From a virus (taxonomy: Duplodnaviria; Caudoviricetes), in IMG/VR virus record IMGVR_UViG_3300020161_002811, positions 18,227 through 82,226 of that record: a stretch of 64,000 nt of DNA; one strand, 5' to 3'. The translations under genes were made by a program, and so were the position numbers. Below, in pieces: positions 7,509 to 18,916 of the stretch. Every line of letters begins with the position of its first letter. Position 1 is the stretch's first letter. Below the pieces are notes generated by a model. It worked only from the letters and a program-made list of their open reading frames with translations. It ran no database searches and was not told the origin of the DNA.

Positions 7509-8774
7509 TTAGTTGTATTGAATAATTAAATCAGACAAAACTGGAGCTGTTGTGTCATTTGCCACACTTAAGGTGACTTCAATCCATACATGATTATTGG
7601 CGCCCGGATTTTCTAAACTATATGTTCCACCATTGTCATATATAATTCTATAGTCAAAAACATTGCCTATTTGACTTAGGGGTACATTATATATTTTTGG
7701 CGTAACGTTAGTTATTTCATCAATTACATCACCAATCTTTGGGGTATACTTTATTATTGTTCTTCCAGTTGGTAAGAATTTGTCATACCTTATGTCAAGA
7801 TCTGAAAGACCATAAGTATATATATAATTTCCAAGTTCTGTAAAGTAATTCTTTTGATTAAATTTTATCCTTATAGCAGTGATGTCCGTACTGGGGAATT
7901 GATAACATAGTGGTCCTGAATTCTTTACTGAATCCGTCCCAGCTGTATTCCACCCACCAGGTGGAACCTTACCTATTGCAGAAATATCTCCATCATAGTA
8001 CCCTTTAGAATTAAGCGGTATCCATGTATCACTATCTGATAATGATGGATCTGTATTAGTGGTGTATTCTATTGAATAAATTTCTACCCCAAATGCTGGG
8101 AAGGGATTAAGTTTAATTGTATTTGTCTTACTTGATCCTGATATTTCTGGAGACACTCTCACATAGAGCATCATCTGAGCTCCAGTTACTGGATTACTAG
8201 GTGAGATTACTGTTCTTTTCCAAACCTTATCTGGAGAGTCTAGAATAGCATTGTATACGGGAGTGGAGTCAATAATAGCCCCATTGGTGTCTACTCCGGC
8301 AAAACTGAGACTTAGCATGGTCTTAAAGTAATCGGGGACAATCTGTCCGACACCCGGCTGCCCAAATTTGAGTTTTGAAAAAGATCCGCTAGACACTTTA
8401 GGTAGGGAAATTACGTTATACGTTGGATCAAAACTTAATAGTTCAGTACCCGCTACGGCAAAACTTGTTCCAATAAAATTAGAATAATCTAGCTGAGAAA
8501 ATGAGTGAATAGATAAAGTATTGCTATCAGATTCTAAAGCTTTAATTCTATCGGAAATATCATTAATTGCATTCGATAGGAAGGCGTGATCCTTGAGGAC
8601 TCTCTCGAAGGCATCTGACAGTTTTGTGTCAACCATATTTGATTTATTATATAAATATACTAAATCTTGATAGTTTTCTTCTATTCTAGAATTATAATCA
8701 GAGCTGTCAACAGGTCCGTTATACTTATAATCTCTTTTTTTGGTTTTTAAAATATCTGCCATTTCAGTTGCCAT
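7509..8774 (-). CDS. virion structural protein (tail/baseplate periphery, paralog family)
   Basis: 421 aa; N-terminal helical/coiled-coil region and C-terminal VWIEVTL...APVLSDLIIQY strand pair shared with neighbours. Confidence 0.6.
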   Translation of the reverse strand: MATEMADILKTKKRDYKYNGPVDSSDYNSRIEENYQDLVYLYNKSNMVDTKLSDAFERVLKDHAFLSNAINDISDRIKALESDSNTLSIHSFSQLDYSNFIGTSFAVAGTELLSFDPTYNVISLPKVSSGSFSKLKFGQPGVGQIVPDYFKTMLSLSFAGVDTNGAIIDSTPVYNAILDSPDKVWKRTVISPSNPVTGAQMMLYVRVSPEISGSSKTNTIKLNPFPAFGVEIYSIEYTTNTDPSLSDSDTWIPLNSKGYYDGDISAIGKVPPGGWNTAGTDSVKNSGPLCYQFPSTDITAIRIKFNQKNYFTELGNYIYTYGLSDLDIRYDKFLPTGRTIIKYTPKIGDVIDEITNVTPKIYNVPLSQIGNVFDYRIIYDNGGTYSLENPGANNHVWIEVTLSVANDTTAPVLSDLIIQYN

Positions 8775-9159
8775 TTTCTAATAGTGAAACTTTGTAAAAT
8801 AATCTAGCTAATTTACCACTTAGCTTATTCATGGTATCTACCTCAAATGTATTCTCGATAGAATCTATATCATCTATATAGATACCTACGCCATCAATAG
8901 CATAACTTATTCCATCGTCTAGTTTTGAGTTTTCGTTATAATCTATAATATCTCCGATAAGATACGTTATCTTATCTAAAACCGTTAAATCTACTGTTGT
9001 AAGTTCATTTAATATTCTTGCAAAATCAATTTTTAATAAATTACTCTCTAAGTTTTCAGACAAACTATTTCTTGGAGACTTAAATTTTACTCTATTTAAT
9101 TGAAATAAAGGTTCTTTAATTCTATTTTTATTTTCGGTCTTATTAAAAGTAATAGCCAT
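8764..9159 (-). CDS. virion structural protein (short coiled-coil member of the block)
   Basis: 131 aa, overlaps its neighbour, and resembles the N-terminal helical part of the adjacent paralogs. Confidence 0.55.
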   Translation of the reverse strand: MAITFNKTENKNRIKEPLFQLNRVKFKSPRNSLSENLESNLLKIDFARILNELTTVDLTVLDKITYLIGDIIDYNENSKLDDGISYAIDGVGIYIDDIDSIENTFEVDTMNKLSGKLARLFYKVSLLENGN

Positions 9160-9160
9160 T

Positions 9161-11305
9161 TTAGCCTTCTTCGCTATGCTTGAATTTAACTCTTATACTA
9201 TCTATCGATGGTGATACTAACGGGTTGCTTGACCTATATAAATCTGCCCTATATCTAATTGCATCAATGGGTCTAGTTATCTCTGAATAATACTTAATCT
9301 GAGACACACCATGTAGATATTGTGATGCAATGATTTCTCTAGAGCCCAATACATTATCTATAGTAAATGTAAAAGATGAATCTGATACACGTTGCCTAAA
9401 TTCATATGGATCTAGATAGGTAAAATAATCTAAGAACAAAGTTCCATAGTCAGATATTGATTTTCCAGACATGATATTGAAAGTTATTAACCCTTCAAAA
9501 TTTTTATCATACGCAATTTTTATAAAGTTTATTCCCTTTTTAAAGTTCCATTCAACATCTTTACTAAGTGTTCCACTAGGAAGATCAGCTATTAGGGTAT
9601 CATTAAGGTATATGGCTAAGTTAAAATCTTCCCTACTCTTTGTCACTACATGTACAGCGTTGTTTTCTGAATCGCAGTTAATCTTAGCGTCTAGCAGGCC
9701 TGAGCATATACCATAAAAGCCTGGACTAATGGAACTTAATTGGTTTACTATTGGGGAGCTAATGGTTACATCTGATCCATTGGCAGCGTTTACTTTTTCA
9801 CTCCATACATTTAATGCCCTGTATATTTCTACTGCATTTACGGATGAGGATCTTACTATCGAATAATTTTTAAATGAATTTATTCCAGACAAAATAAATG
9901 GTTGCTTCATAACTTCCGTGCCAACTACTGCTATTCTGTAAACGCTCTTATCAAAATATACAGACGTATTAGGATTCAACTCATTTACATTAAGGGATGT
10001 TGTATTTAAGTCAATTAATTCAAGTCCACCCTTACTTAGTCCACCATTCTCTATGGTTTTCATAGACTTAGTTGATGCTTGCAGGTTAACCGATGTTGGA
10101 TTTGAATTATTATTTGCGTTGATTGGATCAATCGCTATCCAGTTAAAGTTTTCGATTCCAACAGCGGATGGATTATCTACTGCTATAAAATAACTTATAT
10201 CATAGCCGGATCCTGTTTGATGATTTACGTCAAGCGCAACTGATTCTATTGCCAGTAAACCATTGTCAGTGACTGGAATTGATAATGGCTTAGATATTAG
10301 GGTTGCTCTTTTGTCATGATATTTTGCACCTATGAAAAGGTCCCTTAGCCCAAAGGTATACATATAAGGTTTGTCAGAGTTATTAGAAGTTTCATCAGGA
10401 TATGTTTTAAATAAAGTTAATTTAATTCTAGAATATTTTAATGGATTAAATGTAAAAGAAAATCTATCATAATCAGATCTCGAATTCTTGATTTTTATTT
10501 GTTCCGGAATTGAAGAATCATTTGGAGTTGCTGTTATAATTACGGTGACTGGACTTGTTGTCAATAGGCTTCCTTCAATCTTGGATATCGTAAAATTATT
10601 ATTAATAGGAATATTAATATCCATTGAAGTCAAGGATGATTGTGCTGATTGATGCTTATAACTCCAATAAGTATCAGTTAATCCATCTAAAGCATTATCG
10701 AAATCATTGATAGACGTATTGCTATAAACCTCTGCTCCGTTTTCAAATATTGAAACTTTTACAGACTGAATATCTACTATGGACGAAGATATCATATCAA
10801 ATATACCAGAGCTAATTTTTGGAATAGTTACATTCCCTATGGACGTATCAATAAAAGCGTCCGTTAGCGACATATCTATTTGATTTGTATTTGAAAAATT
10901 ATCAACTAAAGAATAAAAAAATCCATCTGAATTTAAATTAGAAAATATTAACTGATCCACTTTTCCTTCTAATTCTCTTCTTTTTGTTTTTAAATTTGAC
11001 AACCTTTTATTTAAAGAAGTTATCGTTGACATCAATTCATAGTTATTTTCATTAACGCATTCATATAGAATTTCTAGATTGAATAGAGAAGTTATCATTA
11101 GCTCATTGAGATCAGAATGATTAATTACATTAGACTGATTTAAGGCATCGTAGTCAACTGAGACGGGAATGCCAAGTCTATTGTTTGAAAAATATATATT
11201 AAATATTTTTCTTATCTCTTGTTCTGAGGGTTTATTGCCAGACGAATAAAATAGTTTATATATATTGTTTAAAAATTTTCTTTTTTGTATTGTTGCTATG
11301 TTCAT
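9161..11305 (-). CDS. virion structural protein (tail/baseplate periphery, paralog family)
   Basis: 714 aa; N-terminal coiled coil, beta-rich body and C-terminal IRYRADL...SPSIDSIRVKF. Confidence 0.65.
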   Translation of the reverse strand: MNIATIQKRKFLNNIYKLFYSSGNKPSEQEIRKIFNIYFSNNRLGIPVSVDYDALNQSNVINHSDLNELMITSLFNLEILYECVNENNYELMSTITSLNKRLSNLKTKRRELEGKVDQLIFSNLNSDGFFYSLVDNFSNTNQIDMSLTDAFIDTSIGNVTIPKISSGIFDMISSSIVDIQSVKVSIFENGAEVYSNTSINDFDNALDGLTDTYWSYKHQSAQSSLTSMDINIPINNNFTISKIEGSLLTTSPVTVIITATPNDSSIPEQIKIKNSRSDYDRFSFTFNPLKYSRIKLTLFKTYPDETSNNSDKPYMYTFGLRDLFIGAKYHDKRATLISKPLSIPVTDNGLLAIESVALDVNHQTGSGYDISYFIAVDNPSAVGIENFNWIAIDPINANNNSNPTSVNLQASTKSMKTIENGGLSKGGLELIDLNTTSLNVNELNPNTSVYFDKSVYRIAVVGTEVMKQPFILSGINSFKNYSIVRSSSVNAVEIYRALNVWSEKVNAANGSDVTISSPIVNQLSSISPGFYGICSGLLDAKINCDSENNAVHVVTKSREDFNLAIYLNDTLIADLPSGTLSKDVEWNFKKGINFIKIAYDKNFEGLITFNIMSGKSISDYGTLFLDYFTYLDPYEFRQRVSDSSFTFTIDNVLGSREIIASQYLHGVSQIKYYSEITRPIDAIRYRADLYRSSNPLVSPSIDSIRVKFKHSEEG

Positions 11306-13497
11306 GATCTTTTAACCTTAGCTATTAATTGGTAAGAATATATACTTGGAGTGAAATTTATTCTATTTTTTTTAACTATTTTTATCTTAACTAAAATATT
11401 TTTTACCTCTTTTGGTATCGTGGGATAGTTAAGGTATGACGCACCAGAAAGTCTGTATTCATTCAGGACTGATTGATTAAAGAATAAAACTTCTGGTACA
11501 CCTGAAAAGTCTAATTGTATAGGAGATATTTGAATCCAATTGCTGCCATTGTCCACTGAGATATATCCTAATATAGATACATTTTTTAGCATTTCTTCAT
11601 CAATATTGGAATCAATATCTAGCATTACTGACTCTACCGGAAAATCAAAACTGAATGGTAACGAAATTATTTCCAATTGTGAATTAAAGGTTTCTTTATA
11701 AACTTCTATATCCCTTAACCCTATGCACCAGCGCTTAGCCGGATATCTTTCCTTGGCTGTTTGTACTGGTACTCTATAGTTTTTTACTCTTTCCTGTGCA
11801 GTAAAGGATTGCTCCACTACGGTTATCATATTGACGGTACTTCCGTCGTCTAACAGCGTCGGGGTGGCCTGATCTAAAAGATAAATATTTATTAAATCGT
11901 CAAAATCTTGTTGGGCGGCTTCAATCGTGTCATAGTTTTTATTTTTTATTTCATCTTCGGTAACATCTATAGAATCTAGAAATCTTGGAACTCGTATCAC
12001 TATGAAATTGCCATTTGCATCTCTGTCGGAAGAATTTTCTGAAAACCATCCTTCAAAATACGCTTTTACCTGTTGATTAGAGGGGTTAGTTATGCTAACT
12101 TCTATGACGTAAAATTTTCTTGCAACTGGTTTCTTTTTAATCGAAACATCAACGGACTTAAAAGCCTGCCCTAATTTTGAATATTCTGTTGGATTTGAGA
12201 CCGTAGGAAGAAGACTGTACTTATTGTATTCTACCTTTTCATATATATCTTTATTTAAAGCGTCAGGGTTAAAGCGTTCCAAGTTTACAAAGGGGTTATT
12301 TATATTTGAAGAGGTCGGCTTCCAGTACACATGTTGAATCTCTACATTGGAATACTCTGGCTGTTTAAATGAAACTTGAATTTTAAAGACTCGTCTCTCC
12401 GCAAATCTTATTGTTGCCTTACTATAAAAATATGATTTAGCCATTTGTAGATTAAGTGGAACCAATGAAGATCCTATGTATATCGGAGCATCAAGTGCTT
12501 CTTGTGATACCCCATCTTTTCCATATATTAATACGCTAGTAACTTCTACGTATTTCATTGAGCCAAAATATGGAGTGATATCTATGCTATTGGCAACAGG
12601 GCTACTAGAGGAAGTTAATTCTAGATCGAGCACCAGAGGGTCTGTAGTGTTGTGAGTCGACCAATCTATTAAATCACTTTCACTAGTATTTGAGCTGCTA
12701 AATTCAGATTTAATATACTTAAACTCATTTTCCCTTGCCGGGATAGAAGGTTGGGGTGTCGGTCTACTCTTGTCGACATTCAATGCTTCGTATTCAAAAT
12801 ATGTTAGAGGATTAGAATCTTTTAAACTGGTAAGATTATTTAAAGTAGAACTATTTTGATATATATATTTATATTCACTACTTTCTTCCGAATCTATTGC
12901 CTTGGTTACCTGGTGGCTATTGCCGATAAAACCTCCGGAACTTAGAACTTTTGCTGCATTAGCGTTCCATTTTTGAGTAGCGGATACGGGCAGGGTCATT
13001 ACTCCATTTTTAATTAATGGATTTAGTCCAGCTTGTATTTTTGAATAGTCTATCAAGTCATCATTATCGAAAGAGTCTCCTACGTAAAAAATGTCATCAG
13101 CTGGACTTCTAGAGTACATCTGTAAAATTTTAGATTTTGATGCTATTCTTTCTGAAAATCTTTTTTCATTTTCTATTTCTGTTGAAAACAAATTAAATAT
13201 ACTGATTGACTTTGCGTTCAAAAGATCGACTTGACTAGCTATAGTATTGAGATCGGTTGAGCATCCGTCAAAAAATAGATTAATCTTTGAGGATATTGGT
13301 GGCTCACCTTTAATGAATGGATCATACTGAGTTAAGGGTGCACCTATTTGTTCCTGCACTTCAGTCAAAATGTTTGAATACTCACTAGCTATTTCTTCTT
13401 TAGAAAAGATTCCCGTAGAATTAACTATGCTAATCAATCTAGATACTTTGATTAATAATTGCTGATACGATAATAGGTTTGCAGATAATTGTGTCAT
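11302..13497 (-). CDS. virion structural protein (tail/baseplate periphery, paralog family)
   Basis: 731 aa; GAPLTQY...GEPPISSKIN N-terminus and C-terminal ILVKIKI...TPSIYSYQLIAK. Confidence 0.65.
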   Translation of the reverse strand: MTQLSANLLSYQQLLIKVSRLISIVNSTGIFSKEEIASEYSNILTEVQEQIGAPLTQYDPFIKGEPPISSKINLFFDGCSTDLNTIASQVDLLNAKSISIFNLFSTEIENEKRFSERIASKSKILQMYSRSPADDIFYVGDSFDNDDLIDYSKIQAGLNPLIKNGVMTLPVSATQKWNANAAKVLSSGGFIGNSHQVTKAIDSEESSEYKYIYQNSSTLNNLTSLKDSNPLTYFEYEALNVDKSRPTPQPSIPARENEFKYIKSEFSSSNTSESDLIDWSTHNTTDPLVLDLELTSSSSPVANSIDITPYFGSMKYVEVTSVLIYGKDGVSQEALDAPIYIGSSLVPLNLQMAKSYFYSKATIRFAERRVFKIQVSFKQPEYSNVEIQHVYWKPTSSNINNPFVNLERFNPDALNKDIYEKVEYNKYSLLPTVSNPTEYSKLGQAFKSVDVSIKKKPVARKFYVIEVSITNPSNQQVKAYFEGWFSENSSDRDANGNFIVIRVPRFLDSIDVTEDEIKNKNYDTIEAAQQDFDDLINIYLLDQATPTLLDDGSTVNMITVVEQSFTAQERVKNYRVPVQTAKERYPAKRWCIGLRDIEVYKETFNSQLEIISLPFSFDFPVESVMLDIDSNIDEEMLKNVSILGYISVDNGSNWIQISPIQLDFSGVPEVLFFNQSVLNEYRLSGASYLNYPTIPKEVKNILVKIKIVKKNRINFTPSIYSYQLIAKVKRS

Positions 13498-13507
13498 GTA
13501 GGTCTCT

Positions 13508-16111
13508 TTATCTTAAATAAGAATTTAATTTTTCATAGTATGGATCATAATTTATTGTTTTCATTTTTAATATTAAACTATCAATTGATATTGGATTTGT
13601 TGATTCCGTTATGTTTTTTCTTAGAATTATCCTAAATCTTAAATCATTTGGGATGTACTGATACATTACATTAAAGGGAGTATTTATGTTTTTATTAAAA
13701 ATAATTCCTTGTCCACTGTGAATGAAAATAGTATTATTAGTATCATAAAAACTACTTTCCTGAGAAGCGGAAGTATAGTTAGTTATATTAAGAGCATAAG
13801 ATCCGTCTGATAACTGAACCCTTACCGGAGAGTATCCAGCAAAGTTGCCCGAAAAACTAGTACCAGTAACCCTACTATAAAAGGCATTGGTTGCCGCTCC
13901 GGCGCTAACGTAGGGAGTGTATGACAACCTAATGTAGCCATTAGAGTCAGTTTGCTTAAATCGTTCACCTGGTCCATTTTCTGTCCCAAAAGATTTAACT
14001 GATTCAAGAAATATATTTTGTCTAATAAAATCAATTTCATCTGGTGAAGACGAGGAATAATCTAAGGAGTAACTAGCAACATAGGTATCTACTTGATTGA
14101 AGGATTCAGCAGACAATGTAATTGTTTTATTATTGTTTGAATAAACATAGCTAGCACTACCTCTTGGCATGAGCATGCCGTTCTTGTAGACATTTATAGA
14201 ATTGCCTATGGCATTAAAACGAAGAGTTGCTTTTTTAGATGCGGGATCAAAAAATAGCATTTCAGATTCTATAAAAGAAACACCGTAAGGAACTATGGGA
14301 GTCCAATCTGACTCTGTGTTGGGGGCAGGCTTATTAGAGATTGACACTTCATATGATGCCGCAGATCCTAAATCTAACCGAGAAGGTACTAGTGAGAGGG
14401 AATTGTTCGCCTGATTAAGTTTCACCTTTAAGGCTGTTATTTGTCCATCTACTGGAATTTTCTTACTAACAAAAACAGCCTTATTGCTTGCTTGACCTAA
14501 GGTTTCAATGAGCTCTATGGATTTTAGTGAAAAAGAATACTCGTAAGATTCTTCAGATTCTGCAATTTGAGAATTATTAACTGCATTAATATTAGGAAAA
14601 GAAATTATTGGATCAGAAAATTGATTACGATAATCCGCTATTTTATTTGACGCATTATATTGAGTAAATCCGGTTTGATTGATTTTACTTGTAACCCTGC
14701 TATTCATTCCCATTTCTAAATATTCTTTGTTATCAAAAATATTTAACTTACCAGAAAATCCATCTAACATTGTGTTGATTAGATTTATAAATATTGGAGT
14801 ATTGGAAAATACATTTTTATCTTCCATAATTAAGGAATTAAAATCTTTAATTTGTTCGTTTAGAGTTGAAATATATGAACTAAACTCAGAAGGAAATCTA
14901 TAAGTATAGTAATCATTATCTAGGTAGTCATTTTTGGACAGGCCAGCTATCGTATTTTTCCTAACAAAGAACCAATAAACTATATCTTGAAATTTACTAA
15001 ACCTCTTAGCCCTATCATTAATTACCCCCCTAACAAAAGAGTCTAATACTTTTGAGTTTAACTCTGAAGATAGAGCAGCCTTGTTTGATCTAGTATAGTT
15101 TGCTTGATTGAAAATGAATATAATTTTTTTTACCCTTTTTTGATCAAATCTTAATTCAAAGACTCCATTAATTAGCTTTGGCCGATCTAATAGGGTTGTA
15201 TAATTTTCTGCGGCGTTTCTATTATTCGACTGCTGTGGCGAACTATGGAATACTACTACCTGAAGAATTTGAAAGTTATTAGATTCATTTGGATTAAATC
15301 TAATAGTATCAATATTTATGCTACGCTGCAATTCGATTTCGGCGGATGTGACTGCGCCTTTGACTAGTGAATAATCATACTTGATATATTTTAAAAATTC
15401 TGTGATTTGAGATTCAAGTATAACTGGACTCTTGACAGTTATAGTCCATGAGTCTGATAGATTATCATTAAATAAATTAAAAAAATCATTATTAGTAGTT
15501 ATGTAGTTATTATAATTTGTTTTAATATTAATATTTTTAATGTTTCTAATTATGTTTTTTGTATCTTGAGAATTGCCAATCTTAAAAACTCCAACAGATC
15601 CATCCACAAAGGCATTTCCGTTTTCTCCAAATTTAATATTATCTCTATCAGGAATATTAAATATAATATTATCTGACCTGTAGTCATTAATGAGACTATC
15701 AAATTTTTCTATATAGTTAGCGTTGAAGAGATCATCTTTGCCAGATATAAATTCGTAATTATCAATAAATAATTCTAATTTATCTAAATCATTTTGAACT
15801 TTATCTATTTCTGAAGAAAAAATATCTACCATAGACGAGAGGACTAGGCCATTAGCATTTGCTGCAGAGAAGAGCTGTTGCTCCCTTAGATACAAATTTC
15901 TAAATGAGTCAATTAATATTTCTTTTGAGATTACAGAAAATGTTGGTATCCGTGACGCTGAAAAGTTTTTATCAACTACATTATTATTCATCTTATCTAC
16001 TAGTGATGATAGCTCTACTTTAGAAATTTTCATACTTTTAATTAAAGAAGAAATACTAGTTCTAGTTGAAGAGGAGTACTGATTTATGGTTTCTGGTAAA
16101 TAATTTAACAT
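13508..16111 (-). CDS. virion structural protein (tail/baseplate periphery, paralog family)
   Basis: 867 aa; N-terminal coiled coil and C-terminal LRFRIIL...PISIDSLILKMK. Confidence 0.65.
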   Translation of the reverse strand: MLNYLPETINQYSSSTRTSISSLIKSMKISKVELSSLVDKMNNNVVDKNFSASRIPTFSVISKEILIDSFRNLYLREQQLFSAANANGLVLSSMVDIFSSEIDKVQNDLDKLELFIDNYEFISGKDDLFNANYIEKFDSLINDYRSDNIIFNIPDRDNIKFGENGNAFVDGSVGVFKIGNSQDTKNIIRNIKNINIKTNYNNYITTNNDFFNLFNDNLSDSWTITVKSPVILESQITEFLKYIKYDYSLVKGAVTSAEIELQRSINIDTIRFNPNESNNFQILQVVVFHSSPQQSNNRNAAENYTTLLDRPKLINGVFELRFDQKRVKKIIFIFNQANYTRSNKAALSSELNSKVLDSFVRGVINDRAKRFSKFQDIVYWFFVRKNTIAGLSKNDYLDNDYYTYRFPSEFSSYISTLNEQIKDFNSLIMEDKNVFSNTPIFINLINTMLDGFSGKLNIFDNKEYLEMGMNSRVTSKINQTGFTQYNASNKIADYRNQFSDPIISFPNINAVNNSQIAESEESYEYSFSLKSIELIETLGQASNKAVFVSKKIPVDGQITALKVKLNQANNSLSLVPSRLDLGSAASYEVSISNKPAPNTESDWTPIVPYGVSFIESEMLFFDPASKKATLRFNAIGNSINVYKNGMLMPRGSASYVYSNNNKTITLSAESFNQVDTYVASYSLDYSSSSPDEIDFIRQNIFLESVKSFGTENGPGERFKQTDSNGYIRLSYTPYVSAGAATNAFYSRVTGTSFSGNFAGYSPVRVQLSDGSYALNITNYTSASQESSFYDTNNTIFIHSGQGIIFNKNINTPFNVMYQYIPNDLRFRIILRKNITESTNPISIDSLILKMKTINYDPYYEKLNSYLR

Positions 16112-16112
16112 T

Positions 16113-18887
16113 TTAGTTCCAGTCTTCTCCGCTCATATCCTGGAGGTCAAATACAACTCCAGCCGTAAGGTTATTTTGAATTATACTATATATTTCTTTT
16201 TCGTCAATAAAATTATCTTTGACTTCTTCTGGTATTCTAATTATAACATATCCACCCCTACTATATGCGTGTCCCTGTGGAGGATATGTATCCCAGTAGG
16301 ATAGTATTTCGTCTATATTTTCAATGATTTCTGAGTTTTGGATAGATGCCTTTACTCCACCACCTCTTAATCTTAAGTCTGACAATTCTGGATTTTCTCT
16401 ATTGGGATTATTTGTTACATAGATAATGGCTATCATTAAAGCAAATGGATCATAGTTAATGGAAAGTATGTCAAAAATTGTTGGATCATAAGTAAAGTTT
16501 ATACTCTGTGCATAATCATGATCTAATACTTCTGTATATTGAACTGGCAGTGAATTCGCATTGGTATATGTTTTCTTGTATATGTTTTTTGGAGTTATAT
16601 ATATATAAAGTGGTTTGTCAAACTCAATAACGTCTGCATTTAATAGGGGGTTTAGGGGAATGGGATTTCCATCTACTTGCCTTAGTAAAATATTTTTATT
16701 TTCGGTTGTATAAGAAACTTTAATGAGAGAATTGCTTGATGGCACCAGTGGGCGCTTAAAGGTAATCACTCCGGTATAGGAGTTTATATCTTTAATTAAT
16801 CGGTATGGTATTTCAACCCATTCACTATTTGCCGTTTCCTTTGTGAATACTTTAATTTCACTTTTAATTAATCCAGCTATGGATGATGAATAACTTGTTG
16901 GGTGATTCCAGTTTAATATTGGAGTTCTTTTTACTTTTATATTTTTGCTATCTAATATTATAGGATATTCTTCTGTGACATCATAATAGCCATGACCATA
17001 TATTTTTGACCAAGAAATATTTTGCTGATCTAGCGTACTGTATTGTGCCAGTAAAGACTGACCTTTGTAGTCTTTCTTCCAATCAAACCACTGATTCCTT
17101 TCAGAAATAAGTATTTCTTTTGAAAAAGCGCCGGGCGAGACAGGGAGTTCCCATGAGTCAAATTTAGATAGATTTGGACTTATTTCATTAACCTTAATTG
17201 AGCTTGAGGAATTATATTTTACAGAATATACTGGAACTAGATACTTTAACGGGACTCTACTTGGTATAAATGTACTAGAATTATTAAGACCAAAAAACTC
17301 ATTATCACCAGGTTTTCCATCTGCATCTAGTGCGCATATTCCAATGAATATATTTTGAACATTTCTGCTTAAAGAATTTTCTGACCTTGAATAAAAGTCA
17401 ACATAATTTAAATAATTTCCTAAGAATTCTTTTTTCTCTATATCATAGAATCCATACTTAATGCCATCGTCTGGAAATTCACTAGTAATTGAAAAGTATC
17501 CATACTGCAGGTCCCTTTCTTGAAGATCTATTGCATTTTGTAATGACATATCCTCGATGGCGGATCTTATTTGACCAATGGTTGGAATTCCTATTGGCTT
17601 ACCTTCTTCATTACAAAAGAGCAAGACTCCATCCCCATAGTTTATGGTATTTTTATCGATTGCAGATAGTACAGTTCCTGACACTGTTCTCATTCGATTG
17701 GCGGACAAATCAATTGAACTTGTTGCCACTATTGAATCACCATAATATGTTGCTGATGTTTCAACCTTAAGTATGTTGTTATTGTTGGAGACGGAAACTG
17801 GGGTGCCTTCTAATATATCTTGACCTGCAGATGTAATATTGTCCAAGGATATATTCGACAATATAATAGGCTGATCTGTGTCGATGTTAGAGAATGAATT
17901 AACTCTTATGTCATCATTATTGTAACCAGTTGTATTCAATGTCTTTGCATCGCCGGAAGTAAAAGTAATAGATGTATTGACTCCTTCTACCTTTGAGGGA
18001 TATTCAATTTTAGAAATATAATGATTACCGTTCCTCAATGAAGTCAAAGATTTAAGATTATCTAGACTATTCAGTGCCACTAACTTTGATGTGCTTGGGG
18101 AGATATTTTCAACGGCACCAGATATTGAAACGCTAACGGTAATTGGCAGAGGGGAATAGACAGTATCAGTTCGCGGAACTGACAAGGGTCCGGGTTGAAC
18201 TATTCCATCTACGTCTATCCTTGCAATGGAAAACCCTTCAGCTTGTCCAAAGCCAGATATCTTATTGCCAATAAGGTTAATGCACATATACTTTGCGTCT
18301 AATGTGCTCCTGCCATTCATTGGAATTGTTACAGTCCCAGACTGTGCTGATAAATCTAATAATTCAAGTCCGCTAAGTTTAAAAATATCAGTTTGATAAG
18401 TAGGGGACCATCCGATTAAGGCAACTTTGAATTGTCTCCATTTAGGATCTGAATCTGCCGTAATAATAATATTATTTATCTTTAATATATCATCTGGTAT
18501 TTCAAAGAAAATAACATCTGATGCTACAGAGGGACCGGTTACTCCACTAAAGCTTAGTTTTTTATATGATTTGTTAGAATTAATTGACGAAGTAGTTCCC
18601 ATATTTTCAACGGCAATAATATACTTTCTTATATCCTCTGAGGCGAGGTTCTTCCAGTCTTGAAATAATCCTGGAGTTGATGACTTCATATTCAGCCAGA
18701 ATTTAGCTAAATACCATTTAGTTTCGCTATCTACTTTGCCATCAATAAATCTTTGATTATTATTTGCTTGAAAAACCTTAACGGAGGATTTTGTCTTTGG
18801 ACCATATAGCCCATCTATGGCCTTAGAATAATATCCATTAGCTGCTAATGTATACTGTATATATTTTACGTATTCATGTGATGACAT
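16113..18887 (-). CDS. tail/baseplate protein with N-terminal peptidoglycan-binding (PG_binding_1-like) domain
   Basis: VKYIQYTLAANGYY..AIDGLYGPKTKSSVKVFQ...DGKVDSET is the three-helix PG-binding signature. The C-terminus is DLRLRGGG...WD..PPQG..Y..GG.VIIRIP. Confidence 0.75.
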   Translation of the reverse strand: MSSHEYVKYIQYTLAANGYYSKAIDGLYGPKTKSSVKVFQANNNQRFIDGKVDSETKWYLAKFWLNMKSSTPGLFQDWKNLASEDIRKYIIAVENMGTTSSINSNKSYKKLSFSGVTGPSVASDVIFFEIPDDILKINNIIITADSDPKWRQFKVALIGWSPTYQTDIFKLSGLELLDLSAQSGTVTIPMNGRSTLDAKYMCINLIGNKISGFGQAEGFSIARIDVDGIVQPGPLSVPRTDTVYSPLPITVSVSISGAVENISPSTSKLVALNSLDNLKSLTSLRNGNHYISKIEYPSKVEGVNTSITFTSGDAKTLNTTGYNNDDIRVNSFSNIDTDQPIILSNISLDNITSAGQDILEGTPVSVSNNNNILKVETSATYYGDSIVATSSIDLSANRMRTVSGTVLSAIDKNTINYGDGVLLFCNEEGKPIGIPTIGQIRSAIEDMSLQNAIDLQERDLQYGYFSITSEFPDDGIKYGFYDIEKKEFLGNYLNYVDFYSRSENSLSRNVQNIFIGICALDADGKPGDNEFFGLNNSSTFIPSRVPLKYLVPVYSVKYNSSSSIKVNEISPNLSKFDSWELPVSPGAFSKEILISERNQWFDWKKDYKGQSLLAQYSTLDQQNISWSKIYGHGYYDVTEEYPIILDSKNIKVKRTPILNWNHPTSYSSSIAGLIKSEIKVFTKETANSEWVEIPYRLIKDINSYTGVITFKRPLVPSSNSLIKVSYTTENKNILLRQVDGNPIPLNPLLNADVIEFDKPLYIYITPKNIYKKTYTNANSLPVQYTEVLDHDYAQSINFTYDPTIFDILSINYDPFALMIAIIYVTNNPNRENPELSDLRLRGGGVKASIQNSEIIENIDEILSYWDTYPPQGHAYSRGGYVIIRIPEEVKDNFIDEKEIYSIIQNNLTAGVVFDLQDMSGEDWN

Positions 18888-18916
18888 ATCTTTTAGCTCT
18901 CATGTGCTAGTATTTT

